Assembly (NCBI GenBank): GCA_964447765.1
Contig: CAYUTO010000005.1
Coordinates: forward strand, 1-63,343
Reading direction: 5' to 3'
Source of the DNA: an uncultured Gammaproteobacteria bacterium
Lineage (GTDB): Bacteria > Patescibacteriota > Patescibacteriia > Magasanikbacterales > UBA922
DNA: 63,343 nucleotides
Shown: positions 18,644-26,731 of the stretch, piece after piece
How the letters are laid out: each line of letters opens with the position of its first letter
Numbering within the stretch: the first letter of the stretch is position 1
Program-made: the position numbers and the translations under genes
Notes under the pieces: generated by a model
Database searches by the model: none
Seen by the model: only the letters and a program-made list of their open reading frames with translations
Told to the model about the DNA's origin: nothing

Positions 18644-18787
18644 ATAAGTTAAGGTAATGATAAGGGGTGGCTCCCTTTGAACTTTTGGCTTATATAAGGT
18701 AAAAAAGTGTCCCGACTGAGTCGGGAAACTTGGGTGGAACCCCCGGTCGAATGGCTGGGCCCAAGACCATTAATGTGGTCTTTTTTT
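18644..18787 (+). ncRNA. Glycyl T-box riboswitch with ultra-short Stem I and no Stem II
   Basis: Stem I 18644-18693 with K-turn and GGC at 18669-71; Stem III 18710-26; antiterminator CUUGGG-UGGAACC-CCCGGUC/GGCUGGG-CCCAAG 18729-65; overlapping terminator AAGACCA/UGGUCUU plus U-run 18763-87. Confidence 0.88.
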
Positions 18788-18803
18788 ATTCAAAATATTG
18801 CTT

Positions 18804-20114
18804 ATGTCTCAAGATACCATGGAAGCTCTTATATCACTATGCAAACGTCGAGGTTTTGTTTTTCCTGGAAGTGAAATCTACGGGGGTCTTGCTAATGCGT
18901 GGGATTATGGTCCATTGGGTGCACAGATGAAGAAAAATATTAAAGACTTGTGGTGGAAGCAATTTGTTGAAAGCAGAAGTGATATGGTTCCATTTGACGG
19001 GGCAATACTTATGAATCCTAAGGTGTGGGAGGCAAGTGGACACGTGGCTACGTTTAATGATCCTTTAGTTGCGTGTAAGAATTGTCATGGTCGTTTTCGA
19101 GCTGATCATGTAGATATTTCCAAAAACTGTCCAACCTGTGGAAAAAAAGATTGGACCGAAGCCAAACAATTTAATCTGATGTTTAAAACGTCTATTGGTC
19201 CCTCAGAAGAAAGTGCTAATACCGTATATCTTCGTCCAGAAACTGCGCAAGCAATGTTTGTGAATTTTAAACATGTCGCTAATACCAGTCGAAAAAGACT
19301 TCCTTTTGGAATTGCTCAAATCGGAAAAGCATTCCGTAATGAAATTACACCAGGGAATTTCATTTTCCGAACACTTGAATTCGAGCAAATGGAAATTGAG
19401 TATTTTATCGAAGAGAGCGATTGGGAAAAATTGTTTGAAAATTGGTTGAAAGATACCTATTCTTTTGCTCGAGCATTGGGAATCAAAACAGATCTTATGC
19501 ATGATTTAGAAGTTCCCGAAGATGAGCGAGCTCACTATTCCAAGCGCACGGTTGATATCATGTTTGATTTTCCCTTTGGACAAAAAGAGTTGTGGGGTCT
19601 CGCGTATCGAGGAGATTATGACTTACGTCAGCATGAAGCTCATTCCAAGCAATCTCTCGAATATACGGATCCTGATGATAATAAACGAAAAATAATTCCA
19701 CATGTGATTGAACCTTCATTTGGAGTAGATCGAACACTTCTTGCAGTCCTAGTGTCCGCATACGAAGAGCAGGTAGTGAAAGAAGGGGATACTCGTGTGG
19801 TATTACATCTGAAGCCATCAATTGCACCTTATCATGTTGCCGTATTACCACTCATGAAAAAAGACGGACTTGCTGAAAAGGCACAGGCGCTGCATGTAGA
19901 ATTATTGAAATATTTTAGAGCCGATTATGATGAATCGGGAAGTGTGGGAAAACGGTATCGAAGACATGATGAGATTGGAACTCCGTTTTGTGTCACAGTG
20001 GATTATGAGTCAAAAGATGATAATTGTGTCACTGTTCGCGACCGTGATACAATGACGCAGGAAAGAGTTAAGATTGAGGAGCTGGTTGAATATTTGCAGA
20101 GTAAACTAACATAA
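18804..20114 (+). CDS. glyS: Glycine--tRNA ligase, homodimeric (alpha2) type
   Basis: KRRGFVFPGSEIYGG, LRPETAQ, GKAFRNEITPGNFIFR, IEPSFG, YRRHDEIGTP. Confidence 0.97.
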   Translation: MSQDTMEALISLCKRRGFVFPGSEIYGGLANAWDYGPLGAQMKKNIKDLWWKQFVESRSDMVPFDGAILMNPKVWEASGHVATFNDPLVACKNCHGRFRADHVDISKNCPTCGKKDWTEAKQFNLMFKTSIGPSEESANTVYLRPETAQAMFVNFKHVANTSRKRLPFGIAQIGKAFRNEITPGNFIFRTLEFEQMEIEYFIEESDWEKLFENWLKDTYSFARALGIKTDLMHDLEVPEDERAHYSKRTVDIMFDFPFGQKELWGLAYRGDYDLRQHEAHSKQSLEYTDPDDNKRKIIPHVIEPSFGVDRTLLAVLVSAYEEQVVKEGDTRVVLHLKPSIAPYHVAVLPLMKKDGLAEKAQALHVELLKYFRADYDESGSVGKRYRRHDEIGTPFCVTVDYESKDDNCVTVRDRDTMTQERVKIEELVEYLQSKLT

Positions 20115-20125
20115 CGTAAGTAAAG

Positions 20126-20190
20126 GAATGAAGATTGAAGAATAAAGATTACATTTTTTTCTTTCAATTTTCAATCTTTAGTCTTTCAAT
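20126..20190. repeat. Periodic palindrome, GATTGAA heptamer family (copy 1)
   Basis: GAATGAA GATTGAA GAATAAA GATTA on the left; right arm 20161-20190 reverse complement contains GACTAAA GATTGAA AATTGAA. Confidence 0.7.
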
Positions 20191-20206
20191 ATTATAATCT
20201 TTTTCT

Positions 20207-21466
20207 ATGTACGAACGTTATAATCTCCATAATGGGGCAGAAGTGTGCTTGGTGCCTATCAAGGATGCACAGTCGACGACGGTGCTTATTATGTATCCCG
20301 TTGGTTCACGCTATGAATCTTTTAAATTGAATGGGGTATCACACTATATTGAACATCTTTTTTTCAAAGGTACGAAGAAACGTCCAACGACTTTGAAATT
20401 GACGAGTGAAATTGATCGACTTGGTGCCGAATATAATGCATTTACGAGTAAAGAATATACGGGATATTATATTAAAGCTGCGGGAAATTTTCTTGAAACT
20501 TCGCTTGATATTCTTTCAGACATGCTTTTCAATTCATTGTTTGATGCGCGTGAAATGGAGAGAGAGAAGAAAGTAATTGCTGAAGAAATCAAAATGTATA
20601 ATGATAATCCACTGATGCACATTGATTCAGTGTTCGAAAGTTCACTTTATAAGGGTAGTCCTCTTGCGTGGGATATTGCCGGAACAGTAAAGCACGTACA
20701 AGAATACAAGCGTGAGGATGTATTGAAGTATCGTGATACCTATTATGATGCAAGTGCAATGAAGATTGTGATTGCGGGTGCGATGAATGCTGAAACGAAA
20801 AATTTGATTGAAAAATATTTTGGTATACCTGCAACCAAGAAAAAAATGAAAAATGTGTATAAGCCAATGGTGCAGGGATCAACCAAGCGAGAAGATCGAT
20901 TGGTCATTGACCATAAAACTACTGATCAGGTACAGATGATGCTCGGCTTCCCCTCATTTTCGCATACTGATAAAGGATTGCATGCTCAGACGGTCATGAA
21001 TACTATCCTCGGAGGATCGATGAGTTCACGCTTGTTTATACAGATTCGTGAACGCAGAGGCTTGGCATATATGGTGCGCTCAGGAGCTGATCAATTCAGA
21101 GATACTGGCTATACTTTTATTCGTTCTGGGCTTGAAGCGACGAATGTCAATAAAGCGCTTGATGTTATTAAAAATGAAATTGAAAAAATGGTTGAGAAGG
21201 GCGTAACTAAGAAAGAGTTGGAAGATGCAAAAACTCATATCAGGGGATCATTTACTCTGTCTCTTGAGGATAGTAGTATCCAGGCGAATTATTATGCACG
21301 ACATATGCTCTTCCAAAACAATATTGAAACTCCTGAAGAAATACTTTCAAAAATTGATGAAGTTACTCATGATGAGATCAAAGCGGTCGCAAAGAAATTA
21401 TTTAATTGGAAACAGGCTCGACTTGCAATTATTGGAAATACTGACGAGTCAAAGATTAAGTTTTAG
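20207..21466 (+). CDS. M16 (pitrilysin) family zinc peptidase
   Basis: HYIEH inverted zinc motif, NAFTSKEYTGYY, LGGSMSSRLF. Confidence 0.93.
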   Translation: MYERYNLHNGAEVCLVPIKDAQSTTVLIMYPVGSRYESFKLNGVSHYIEHLFFKGTKKRPTTLKLTSEIDRLGAEYNAFTSKEYTGYYIKAAGNFLETSLDILSDMLFNSLFDAREMEREKKVIAEEIKMYNDNPLMHIDSVFESSLYKGSPLAWDIAGTVKHVQEYKREDVLKYRDTYYDASAMKIVIAGAMNAETKNLIEKYFGIPATKKKMKNVYKPMVQGSTKREDRLVIDHKTTDQVQMMLGFPSFSHTDKGLHAQTVMNTILGGSMSSRLFIQIRERRGLAYMVRSGADQFRDTGYTFIRSGLEATNVNKALDVIKNEIEKMVEKGVTKKELEDAKTHIRGSFTLSLEDSSIQANYYARHMLFQNNIETPEEILSKIDEVTHDEIKAVAKKLFNWKQARLAIIGNTDESKIKF

Positions 21467-21479
21467 AACAGGTTATACG

Positions 21480-21595
21480 CGAAATTTGAATGAATCGAAT
21501 TTATGAATAGGGGAAAAGTTTTCTGGTTTACTGGTTGTCTAGTTGTCGGGTGAATTCGTATGTTCTTTTGACTTTCGACTTTTTACTTTTGACTT
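21480..21595. repeat. Stack of unpaired periodic arms from different repeat families
   Basis: GAAT units 21480-21508; 8-bp-spaced CTGGTT/CTAGTT units at 21523, 21531, 21539, 21547; 7-bp-spaced (G)ACTTT units at 21571, 21578, 21585, 21592. Confidence 0.6.
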
Positions 21596-21604
21596 CACAT
21601 GGAT

Positions 21605-22342
21605 ATGAAATATATATTTGGAAATTGGAAAATGTATCTTGATTACACTGAAAGCGTTGCACTTGCAACCAGTCTTCGAGATGTACCTCTACCAGAGGAC
21701 TCGGTGTGCGCTGTATTTCCAAATACGCTTGCATTTGTAGGTGTGCATGACATTTTGAAAGATACTCGTATTGGTCTCGGTGCGCAGAATGTTTCGTGGG
21801 TACCTCGGGGAGCGTATACTGGTGCCACTTCAACTGAATTGTTTCATAGTGTGGGGGCATCATACGCACTCGTTGGACATTCTGAAAGACGGTATATTTT
21901 TGGAGAAACAGACGAGGCTGCTCGGAAAAAATTGGAAGCATGTCTCGATGCAAAACTTACACCAGTGGTTTGTATTGGTGAAACCAAAGAAGATCGTGCA
22001 GATCAGAAAGCTGAGTACCGAGTGAAAAAGCAGGTTATGAAGTTGTTTGAAGGACTTACTACAACTGAGCAGATTATTGTGGCATACGAGCCTGTGTGGG
22101 CTATTGGTACGGGAGATGCATGTGATGCTGAGGAAGCTCTCCGTATGATTACGCTTATTAAAGAAGAAATAAAGATCTATTTTTCGGGAGCTGTTCCTGT
22201 GCTCTATGGTGGGAGTGTGGATGAGAAAAATGCTGCTGAGTATTTATCCTACGGAATTATTGATGGTGTGTTGGTCGGATCAGCATCGACTGATGAGGTG
22301 CGATTTAAAAAAATAATTGAGAGTTCTGTGATTTCTGTATGA
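21605..22342 (+). CDS. tpiA: Triosephosphate isomerase
   Basis: GNWKM, GHSERR, AYEPVWAIGTG, LYGGSV; start 21605 or 21599. Confidence 0.97.
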   Translation: MKYIFGNWKMYLDYTESVALATSLRDVPLPEDSVCAVFPNTLAFVGVHDILKDTRIGLGAQNVSWVPRGAYTGATSTELFHSVGASYALVGHSERRYIFGETDEAARKKLEACLDAKLTPVVCIGETKEDRADQKAEYRVKKQVMKLFEGLTTTEQIIVAYEPVWAIGTGDACDAEEALRMITLIKEEIKIYFSGAVPVLYGGSVDEKNAAEYLSYGIIDGVLVGSASTDEVRFKKIIESSVISV

Positions 22343-23241
22343 TGCTTATTATTCCTATTATTTTGGCAGTGGTTTCTCTCGGTGTTATTGTGGGTATTAT
22401 TTACCGACACTATCATCAGATAACGCTTCTTAATGTTGAATCTTTGCCGTACATGCGGGAAGAAAAGAAAAAAGAAGAGTTTATTCGGAAAAAAGCTGCG
22501 CAGAAAAGTTCACAAGTACATGCTCGTGTTCGTGTGATGGTCGTGTCACCAGTTATTAGTGTTGCAAAACAAATACAGCTCAAATTCAGAAGATTTGTTG
22601 GGTTGGTGGAGCGTCGTGCGATGATGCAGGATACTTCTAAAAGAAAGTATGCGACTCCTGAAGAAGAAACGCGTCATCAATTGAATATCCAGCAATTAAT
22701 GCTTGAAGCAAAACGTGATTTTGATGCTGAGGATTATGATACTGCTGAAAAGAAATATTTAACGGTCTTGCGTCAAGAGTCAAAGAATACTGATGCATAT
22801 CAAGGGCTTGCAGAAGTATATCAACAGCAAGGTCAATTAATTGAAGCAAAAGAAACATATCAATTTATTTTGCAGATTAATCCGTCTGATGATCAGACAC
22901 TTATTCGGCTTGGGGATATGTATGAGGAAGAGGGACGTCTAGAAAAAGCAGTGGAATATTACGAGCAGGCAGTAATGGTAAACCCTCACAATCCTATACG
23001 TTTTGCAAAATTATACGACTTGCTTTTTGAGCTCAAACAGTATGAGACAGCGCTTGAGGCAATTCAGCAAGCGCTCGAGATTGAGCCTCAAAATCCAAAA
23101 TATCTTGACAATTTCACTGAAGTAGCTATACTATTGAAACAAAAAGTGTTGGCAGAGAAGGGATATCGGGAGCTTCGTATGATTAATCCTGAGAATCAAA
23201 AGCTTCAGTCATTTCGACAGCGTATTGATGAACTCTCCTAG
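22339..23241 (+). CDS. Membrane-anchored TPR protein
   Basis: N-terminal TM; five or more TPR-like repeats (AYQGLAEVY, LIRLGDMY, ALEIEPQN); ATGA overlap with tpiA. Confidence 0.85.
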   Translation: MMLIIPIILAVVSLGVIVGIIYRHYHQITLLNVESLPYMREEKKKEEFIRKKAAQKSSQVHARVRVMVVSPVISVAKQIQLKFRRFVGLVERRAMMQDTSKRKYATPEEETRHQLNIQQLMLEAKRDFDAEDYDTAEKKYLTVLRQESKNTDAYQGLAEVYQQQGQLIEAKETYQFILQINPSDDQTLIRLGDMYEEEGRLEKAVEYYEQAVMVNPHNPIRFAKLYDLLFELKQYETALEAIQQALEIEPQNPKYLDNFTEVAILLKQKVLAEKGYRELRMINPENQKLQSFRQRIDELS

Positions 23242-23270
23242 TTTTTTTTACTTGCATTTGTCGTTAACGA

Positions 23271-23343
23271 GCCGTCTTAGCTCAGCTGGTAGAGCAACGG
23301 TTTTGTAAACCGTAGGTCCGGGGTTCGAACCCCCGAGACGGCT
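23271..23343 (+). tRNA. tRNA-Thr(TGT), CCA not encoded
   Basis: GCCGTCT/AGACGGC acceptor, ACGGT-TTTGTAA-ACCGT anticodon arm, TTCGAAC T-loop. Confidence 0.95.
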
Positions 23344-23371
23344 CGTTGATGATAAATTTTTTAAATAGCAT

Positions 23372-23456
23372 GGGTCGATTCCCGAGCGGTCAAAGGGGGC
23401 AGACTGTAAATCTGCTGGCTCCGCCTTCGTAGGTTCGAATCCTACTCGGCCCACCA
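23372..23456 (+). tRNA. tRNA-Tyr(GTA), CCA encoded
   Basis: GGGTCGA/TCGGCCC acceptor, GCAGA-CTGTAAA-TCTGC anticodon arm, long variable arm. Confidence 0.95.
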
Positions 23457-23459
23457 ATA

Positions 23460-23487
23460 AAAAGTCGCTTTACCAAGCGTCTTTTTT
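23460..23487 (+). terminator. Terminator-like hairpin after tRNA-Tyr
   Basis: AAAAGTCGCTT-TACC-AAGCGTCTTTT plus T-run, one mismatch. Confidence 0.6.
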
Positions 23488-23505
23488 CGTATATAGTAAT
23501 GCTAT

Positions 23506-23763
23506 ATGAAAAAACTTTGGTTCAAACGAAAAATATATGGCTGGGGATGGTATCCTGCCACCTGGGAAGGGTGGGTGGTGATTTTGGTGTATATGGGTGC
23601 AGTATTCGCGTTTGCTGCCACTATTGATGAGCAGTCTCCCCCTCGTGAATTAATGTTTACCTTTTTTCTTCCTATTACATTTTTGACGATCGCTCTTTTG
23701 CGTATCTGTTATGCCACGGGTGAAAAACCACGTTGGCAGTGGGGGAATAAGGATAAACAGTAA
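23506..23763 (+). CDS. Small two-TM membrane protein, Trp-rich
   Basis: WFKRKIYGWGWYPATWEGW then two hydrophobic helices, ends KPRWQWG. Confidence 0.75.
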   Translation: MKKLWFKRKIYGWGWYPATWEGWVVILVYMGAVFAFAATIDEQSPPRELMFTFFLPITFLTIALLRICYATGEKPRWQWGNKDKQ

Positions 23764-23766
23764 TGT

Positions 23767-24234
23767 CTACGTTTTGTTTGAAATATCTTCAAGAACTTCT
23801 TCTGGATGATTTGCAGGTTTTACGTCAGTGTAATGTTTGAGAATAGTTCCATCTAGTCCAATCAGAAACGATTCACGAACTATTCCCATATTTTTTTTAC
23901 CAAACATTTCTTTTTCTCTCCATACTCCGTATGCTTCAATCACTTTCTTTTCAGGGTCAGATAGGAGCGGAAAATTAAGATCGTATTTTTCAACAAATTT
24001 TTTGTGTGACTCGGTATCATCAGCGCTTACGCCCAAGACTTGCACATTTTTTTCTTTGAGTTCATTTAATCGATCACGAAAACCACAGGCTTCGATTGTA
24101 CAGCCCTCGGTATCATCCTTGGGATAGAAATAGAGAAGTATATATCTGCCTGCGTATTCGGCGAGACTATGTACGGTACCAAATTGATCTTGGAGCATGA
24201 AATCAGGTGCTGGTGAATTGAGTGGGGGAGTCAT
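23767..24234 (-). CDS. bcp: Peroxiredoxin BCP/PrxQ
   Basis: FYPKDDTEGCTIEAC (PxxxTxxC plus resolving Cys), GVSAD, FPLLSD. Confidence 0.93.
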   Translation of the reverse strand: MTPPLNSPAPDFMLQDQFGTVHSLAEYAGRYILLYFYPKDDTEGCTIEACGFRDRLNELKEKNVQVLGVSADDTESHKKFVEKYDLNFPLLSDPEKKVIEAYGVWREKEMFGKKNMGIVRESFLIGLDGTILKHYTDVKPANHPEEVLEDISNKT

Positions 24235-24322
24235 AGGGTAAGAAATGGTTACTTACTAGAATTATATTTTTAGTATACCACCACTTGCGTATCTGTACAG
24301 TCTTGTGTTAGCGTATGGCGGT

Positions 24323-24886
24323 ATGAATACTGAAGCGTATATTAACGTGTGTAAGGATTTGGAAGATAGCAGGTCTACCGGAAACCCGTATTGGAATGCG
24401 GGTCCTCGGACTGTTGATCTTATTATTTCCTATATACAGAAGTTGGGTCAGTGTCGAGTGCTCGAGATTGGTACTTCGAATGGGTATACCGCTTTGCGAT
24501 TAGCGCCTTCACTTATTGAGGTTGGGGGAAGTATTACTACCATTGAATCGCATAAAGAGCGAGGTGATATAGCAGAACATAATTTTCGATCTGTTGATGT
24601 GGGAAGTATTGTTACTCTGGTGCATGGTCATGCGCCTGAAATATTTGATTCACTTGCAGGGGTATTTGATCTTATATTTCTTGATGCTACCAAATATGAG
24701 CATGTTTCATATGTGCAAGCACTTCTTCCATTGATGAGTGAACATTGTGTGGTAATTGCGGATAATATTCATTCGCATGAAGAATCCATGAAGCCGTTTA
24801 TTGAGTACATGTATTCTTTGCCTGGTTTCTCAGTTGAAATTTTGTCTACTGAGACTGGAATTCTCGTGGCTGAGAAGGAGTTGTAA
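24323..24886 (+). CDS. Class I SAM-dependent O-methyltransferase
   Basis: VLEIGTSNGYT, FDLIFLDA, VIADN; ATG 24323 preferred over GTG 24305. Confidence 0.88.
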   Translation: MNTEAYINVCKDLEDSRSTGNPYWNAGPRTVDLIISYIQKLGQCRVLEIGTSNGYTALRLAPSLIEVGGSITTIESHKERGDIAEHNFRSVDVGSIVTLVHGHAPEIFDSLAGVFDLIFLDATKYEHVSYVQALLPLMSEHCVVIADNIHSHEESMKPFIEYMYSLPGFSVEILSTETGILVAEKEL

Positions 24887-24903
24887 GTGTGCTTATTTTC
24901 CTG

Positions 24904-24932
24904 TTGACAGGAGAAAAAAATTTGAGTATAAT
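24904..24932 (+). promoter_or_regulatory. Perfect-consensus sigma70 promoter for tRNA-Val/Thr
   Basis: TTGACA-N17-TATAAT. Confidence 0.9.
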
Positions 24933-24965
24933 GCTCTCCGCATATTGATTACCTTTTAAAACCAT

Positions 24966-25039
24966 GCGCGCCTAGCTCAGTTGGTTAGAGCATCTCGTTT
25001 ACACCGAGAGGGTCGGGGGTTCGAATCCCTCGGCGCGCA
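24966..25039 (+). tRNA. tRNA-Val(TAC), CCA not encoded
   Basis: GCGCGCC/GGCGCGC acceptor, TCTCG-TTTACAC-CGAGA anticodon arm. Confidence 0.95.
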
Positions 25040-25046
25040 CTGAGAA

Positions 25047-25115
25047 AATGAACAATTAGCAATAAACAATTAACAGTACCGCATTTTGTTAATTGCTCTT
25101 TGATAATTGTTCATT
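25047..25115. repeat. Periodic palindrome, AAyTAAC heptamer family (copy 2), between two tRNAs
   Basis: AATGAAC AATTAGC AATAAAC AATTAAC A; right arm 25087-25115 reverse complement AATGAAC AATTATC AAAGAGC AATTAAC A; 11-bp loop. Confidence 0.8.
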
Positions 25116-25125
25116 TTTCATTCGT

Positions 25126-25201
25126 GCTGTCATAGCTCAGTCGGTAGAGCGCGTCCATGGTAAGGACGAGGTCTCCAGTTCAATCCTGGATGACAGCTCC
25201 A
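25126..25201 (+). tRNA. tRNA-Thr(GGT), CCA encoded
   Basis: GCTGTCA/TGACAGC acceptor, CGTCC-ATGGTAA-GGACG anticodon arm. Confidence 0.95.
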
Positions 25202-25298
25202 TTATGAAAATATTGCTCATGGCAGTATTTTCTATTTCTTAATATGCAATAGTGTGCTAGTGTTCATTATGCGGTTAATTAACTTAATCAGTATGCAT

Positions 25299-25916
25299 AT
25301 GAGCTACACAGAACTCGCATCGAAAGAAACTATTGATAAAACAATTGCAGCCTTGAAAGCACGAAATGTTGAGGCGCTATTTGTTGAAACCAAAGAAGAA
25401 GCTTTTGAAAAAGTGAAAGAGTTGATTCCTTTGGGGGCTTCTGTTCATAATGGTTCTTCTCGTACACTTGAGGAGATTGGTATGATTGAATATTTAAAAG
25501 GTACTGAGCATGGATGGAATAATCTTCATTCTGCTGTTGTTGCAGAGACCGATCCAGAAAGACAAGTTGAACTTCGACAGAAAGCTCTCCATGCAGATTT
25601 TTATTTGGGCAGCTTGCATGCGTTGTCTGAAACTGGAGAGATCGTCATAGCATCAGCGAGTGGTAGTCAGCTCCCTCATCTTGTGTTTACTTCAAAAAAT
25701 ATTATTCTCGTTGTGGGAGTTCAAAAAATTACTTCATCGCTAGAAACTGCTATTCAGCGTTTACGTGAGTATGTGTATCCTCTTGAAGATGAGCGTATGA
25801 AATCAGTGGGTATGGGTGGTAGTGTGATGTCAAAAATTTTGATTCTTGAACACGAACCCGAATTCATGGGTCGAAGTTTTAAAGTTATCTTGGTTAATGA
25901 AAAATTGGGATTCTAA
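25299..25916 (+). CDS. LUD-domain (lactate utilization-like) protein
   Basis: GSSRTLEEIG, ADFYLGSLHALSETG, SASGSQL, VGVQKI; start 25299 or 25293. Confidence 0.75.
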   Translation: MSYTELASKETIDKTIAALKARNVEALFVETKEEAFEKVKELIPLGASVHNGSSRTLEEIGMIEYLKGTEHGWNNLHSAVVAETDPERQVELRQKALHADFYLGSLHALSETGEIVIASASGSQLPHLVFTSKNIILVVGVQKITSSLETAIQRLREYVYPLEDERMKSVGMGGSVMSKILILEHEPEFMGRSFKVILVNEKLGF

Positions 25917-25937
25917 TTTTTGAATCAGTTTCATTTC

Positions 25938-25967
25938 AAAAAGCATCAGAAAAATCTGGTGTTTTTT
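25938..25967 (+). terminator. Intrinsic terminator after the LUD gene
   Basis: AAAAAGCATCAGA-AAAA-TCTGGTGTTTTTT with G-T wobbles. Confidence 0.65.
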
Positions 25968-26020
25968 GTTTGAAAAAATAATATGCTATACTTTTCTCAT
26001 AATTCAGTAATTTCGTCTCT

Positions 26021-26431
26021 ATGACCCAGTATATTCTCCCGGTGCTTGTGTGTACTATATTTGCCCAAGCTCTAGGAATGCTCTGGTACTCTAAGTTTTT
26101 GTTTGGGGCGGTGTGGATGAAAGCATCGGGTATTACTCCCGAGCAGATGGGGAAGGGGAAGAAAAACATGGCATTATATATGGTTTTAGCAGCACTCGGT
26201 GCTGTGGTTGGAGCTATCGTTTTGTTACTTACGATTCGATGGTTTGGGGCATTTAGTATCCTTGCAGGAGCCCATGTAGGCTTTCTCGTGTGGCTAGGGT
26301 ATATCATGGTTACACAGCTCGACAGTGTGCTCTGGGATGGAAAGACACCTACGTATTTTTTTATCAATACGGCTTATTCGTTGGTAAAATTTGTAGGTAT
26401 GGGAATGATTCTTGGAGTATGGCTTGGTTAG
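26021..26431 (+). CDS. DUF1761-like four-TM membrane protein
   Basis: LGMLWYSKFLFGAVWMKASG, four hydrophobic segments, FFINTAY. Confidence 0.75.
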   Translation: MTQYILPVLVCTIFAQALGMLWYSKFLFGAVWMKASGITPEQMGKGKKNMALYMVLAALGAVVGAIVLLLTIRWFGAFSILAGAHVGFLVWLGYIMVTQLDSVLWDGKTPTYFFINTAYSLVKFVGMGMILGVWLG

Positions 26432-26450
26432 GTTATAGTATAACCCGCAC

Positions 26451-26479
26451 TTGACATATACCTTGTAATCCTGTATTAT
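26451..26479 (+). promoter_or_regulatory. Promoter of rpmG
   Basis: TTGACA-N17-TATTAT. Confidence 0.7.
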
Positions 26480-26508
26480 TTTGATACTTCATTTTTAGTT
26501 CCTGTATT

Positions 26509-26676
26509 ATGGCTTCCAAGTCAAAAGAACGACAAAATAAGATCAAGCTCTCATGTACTGAGTGTAAGACGGTGACGTATTTCAAAAACAAGAATAAAGC
26601 AATCAAACAGCGTCTTGAAATCTCAAAGTTTTGCAAACACTGCACAAAACACACCATGCACAAAGAGACCAAATAA
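26509..26676 (+). CDS. rpmG: 50S ribosomal protein L33, zinc-binding form (absent from the ORF track, 55 aa)
   Basis: Manual translation MASKSKERQNKIKLSCTECKTVTYFKNKNKAIKQRLEISKFCKHCTKHTMHKETK; CxxC...CxxC. Confidence 0.93.
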   Translation: MASKSKERQNKIKLSCTECKTVTYFKNKNKAIKQRLEISKFCKHCTKHTMHKETK

Positions 26677-26685
26677 GATCTTAGT

Positions 26686-26718
26686 CAAAAACAGCCCTAC
26701 CTATAGGTGCTGTTTTGA
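26686..26718 (+). terminator. Terminator after rpmG
   Basis: AAAACAGC-CCTA...TAGG-T-GCTGTTTT hairpin. Confidence 0.65.
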
Positions 26719-26731
26719 ATTAATATATAGT

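Noticed and set aside
18687-18689. Second GGC as the T-box specifier
   Set aside because: It is base-paired in the basal helix below the K-turn in the best model; not excluded without probing.
18730-18930. 66-aa ORF as a leader peptide for glyS attenuation
   Set aside because: It starts at a TTG inside the antiterminator, overlaps glyS out of frame and is not Gly-rich beyond its start; the T-box explains the region.
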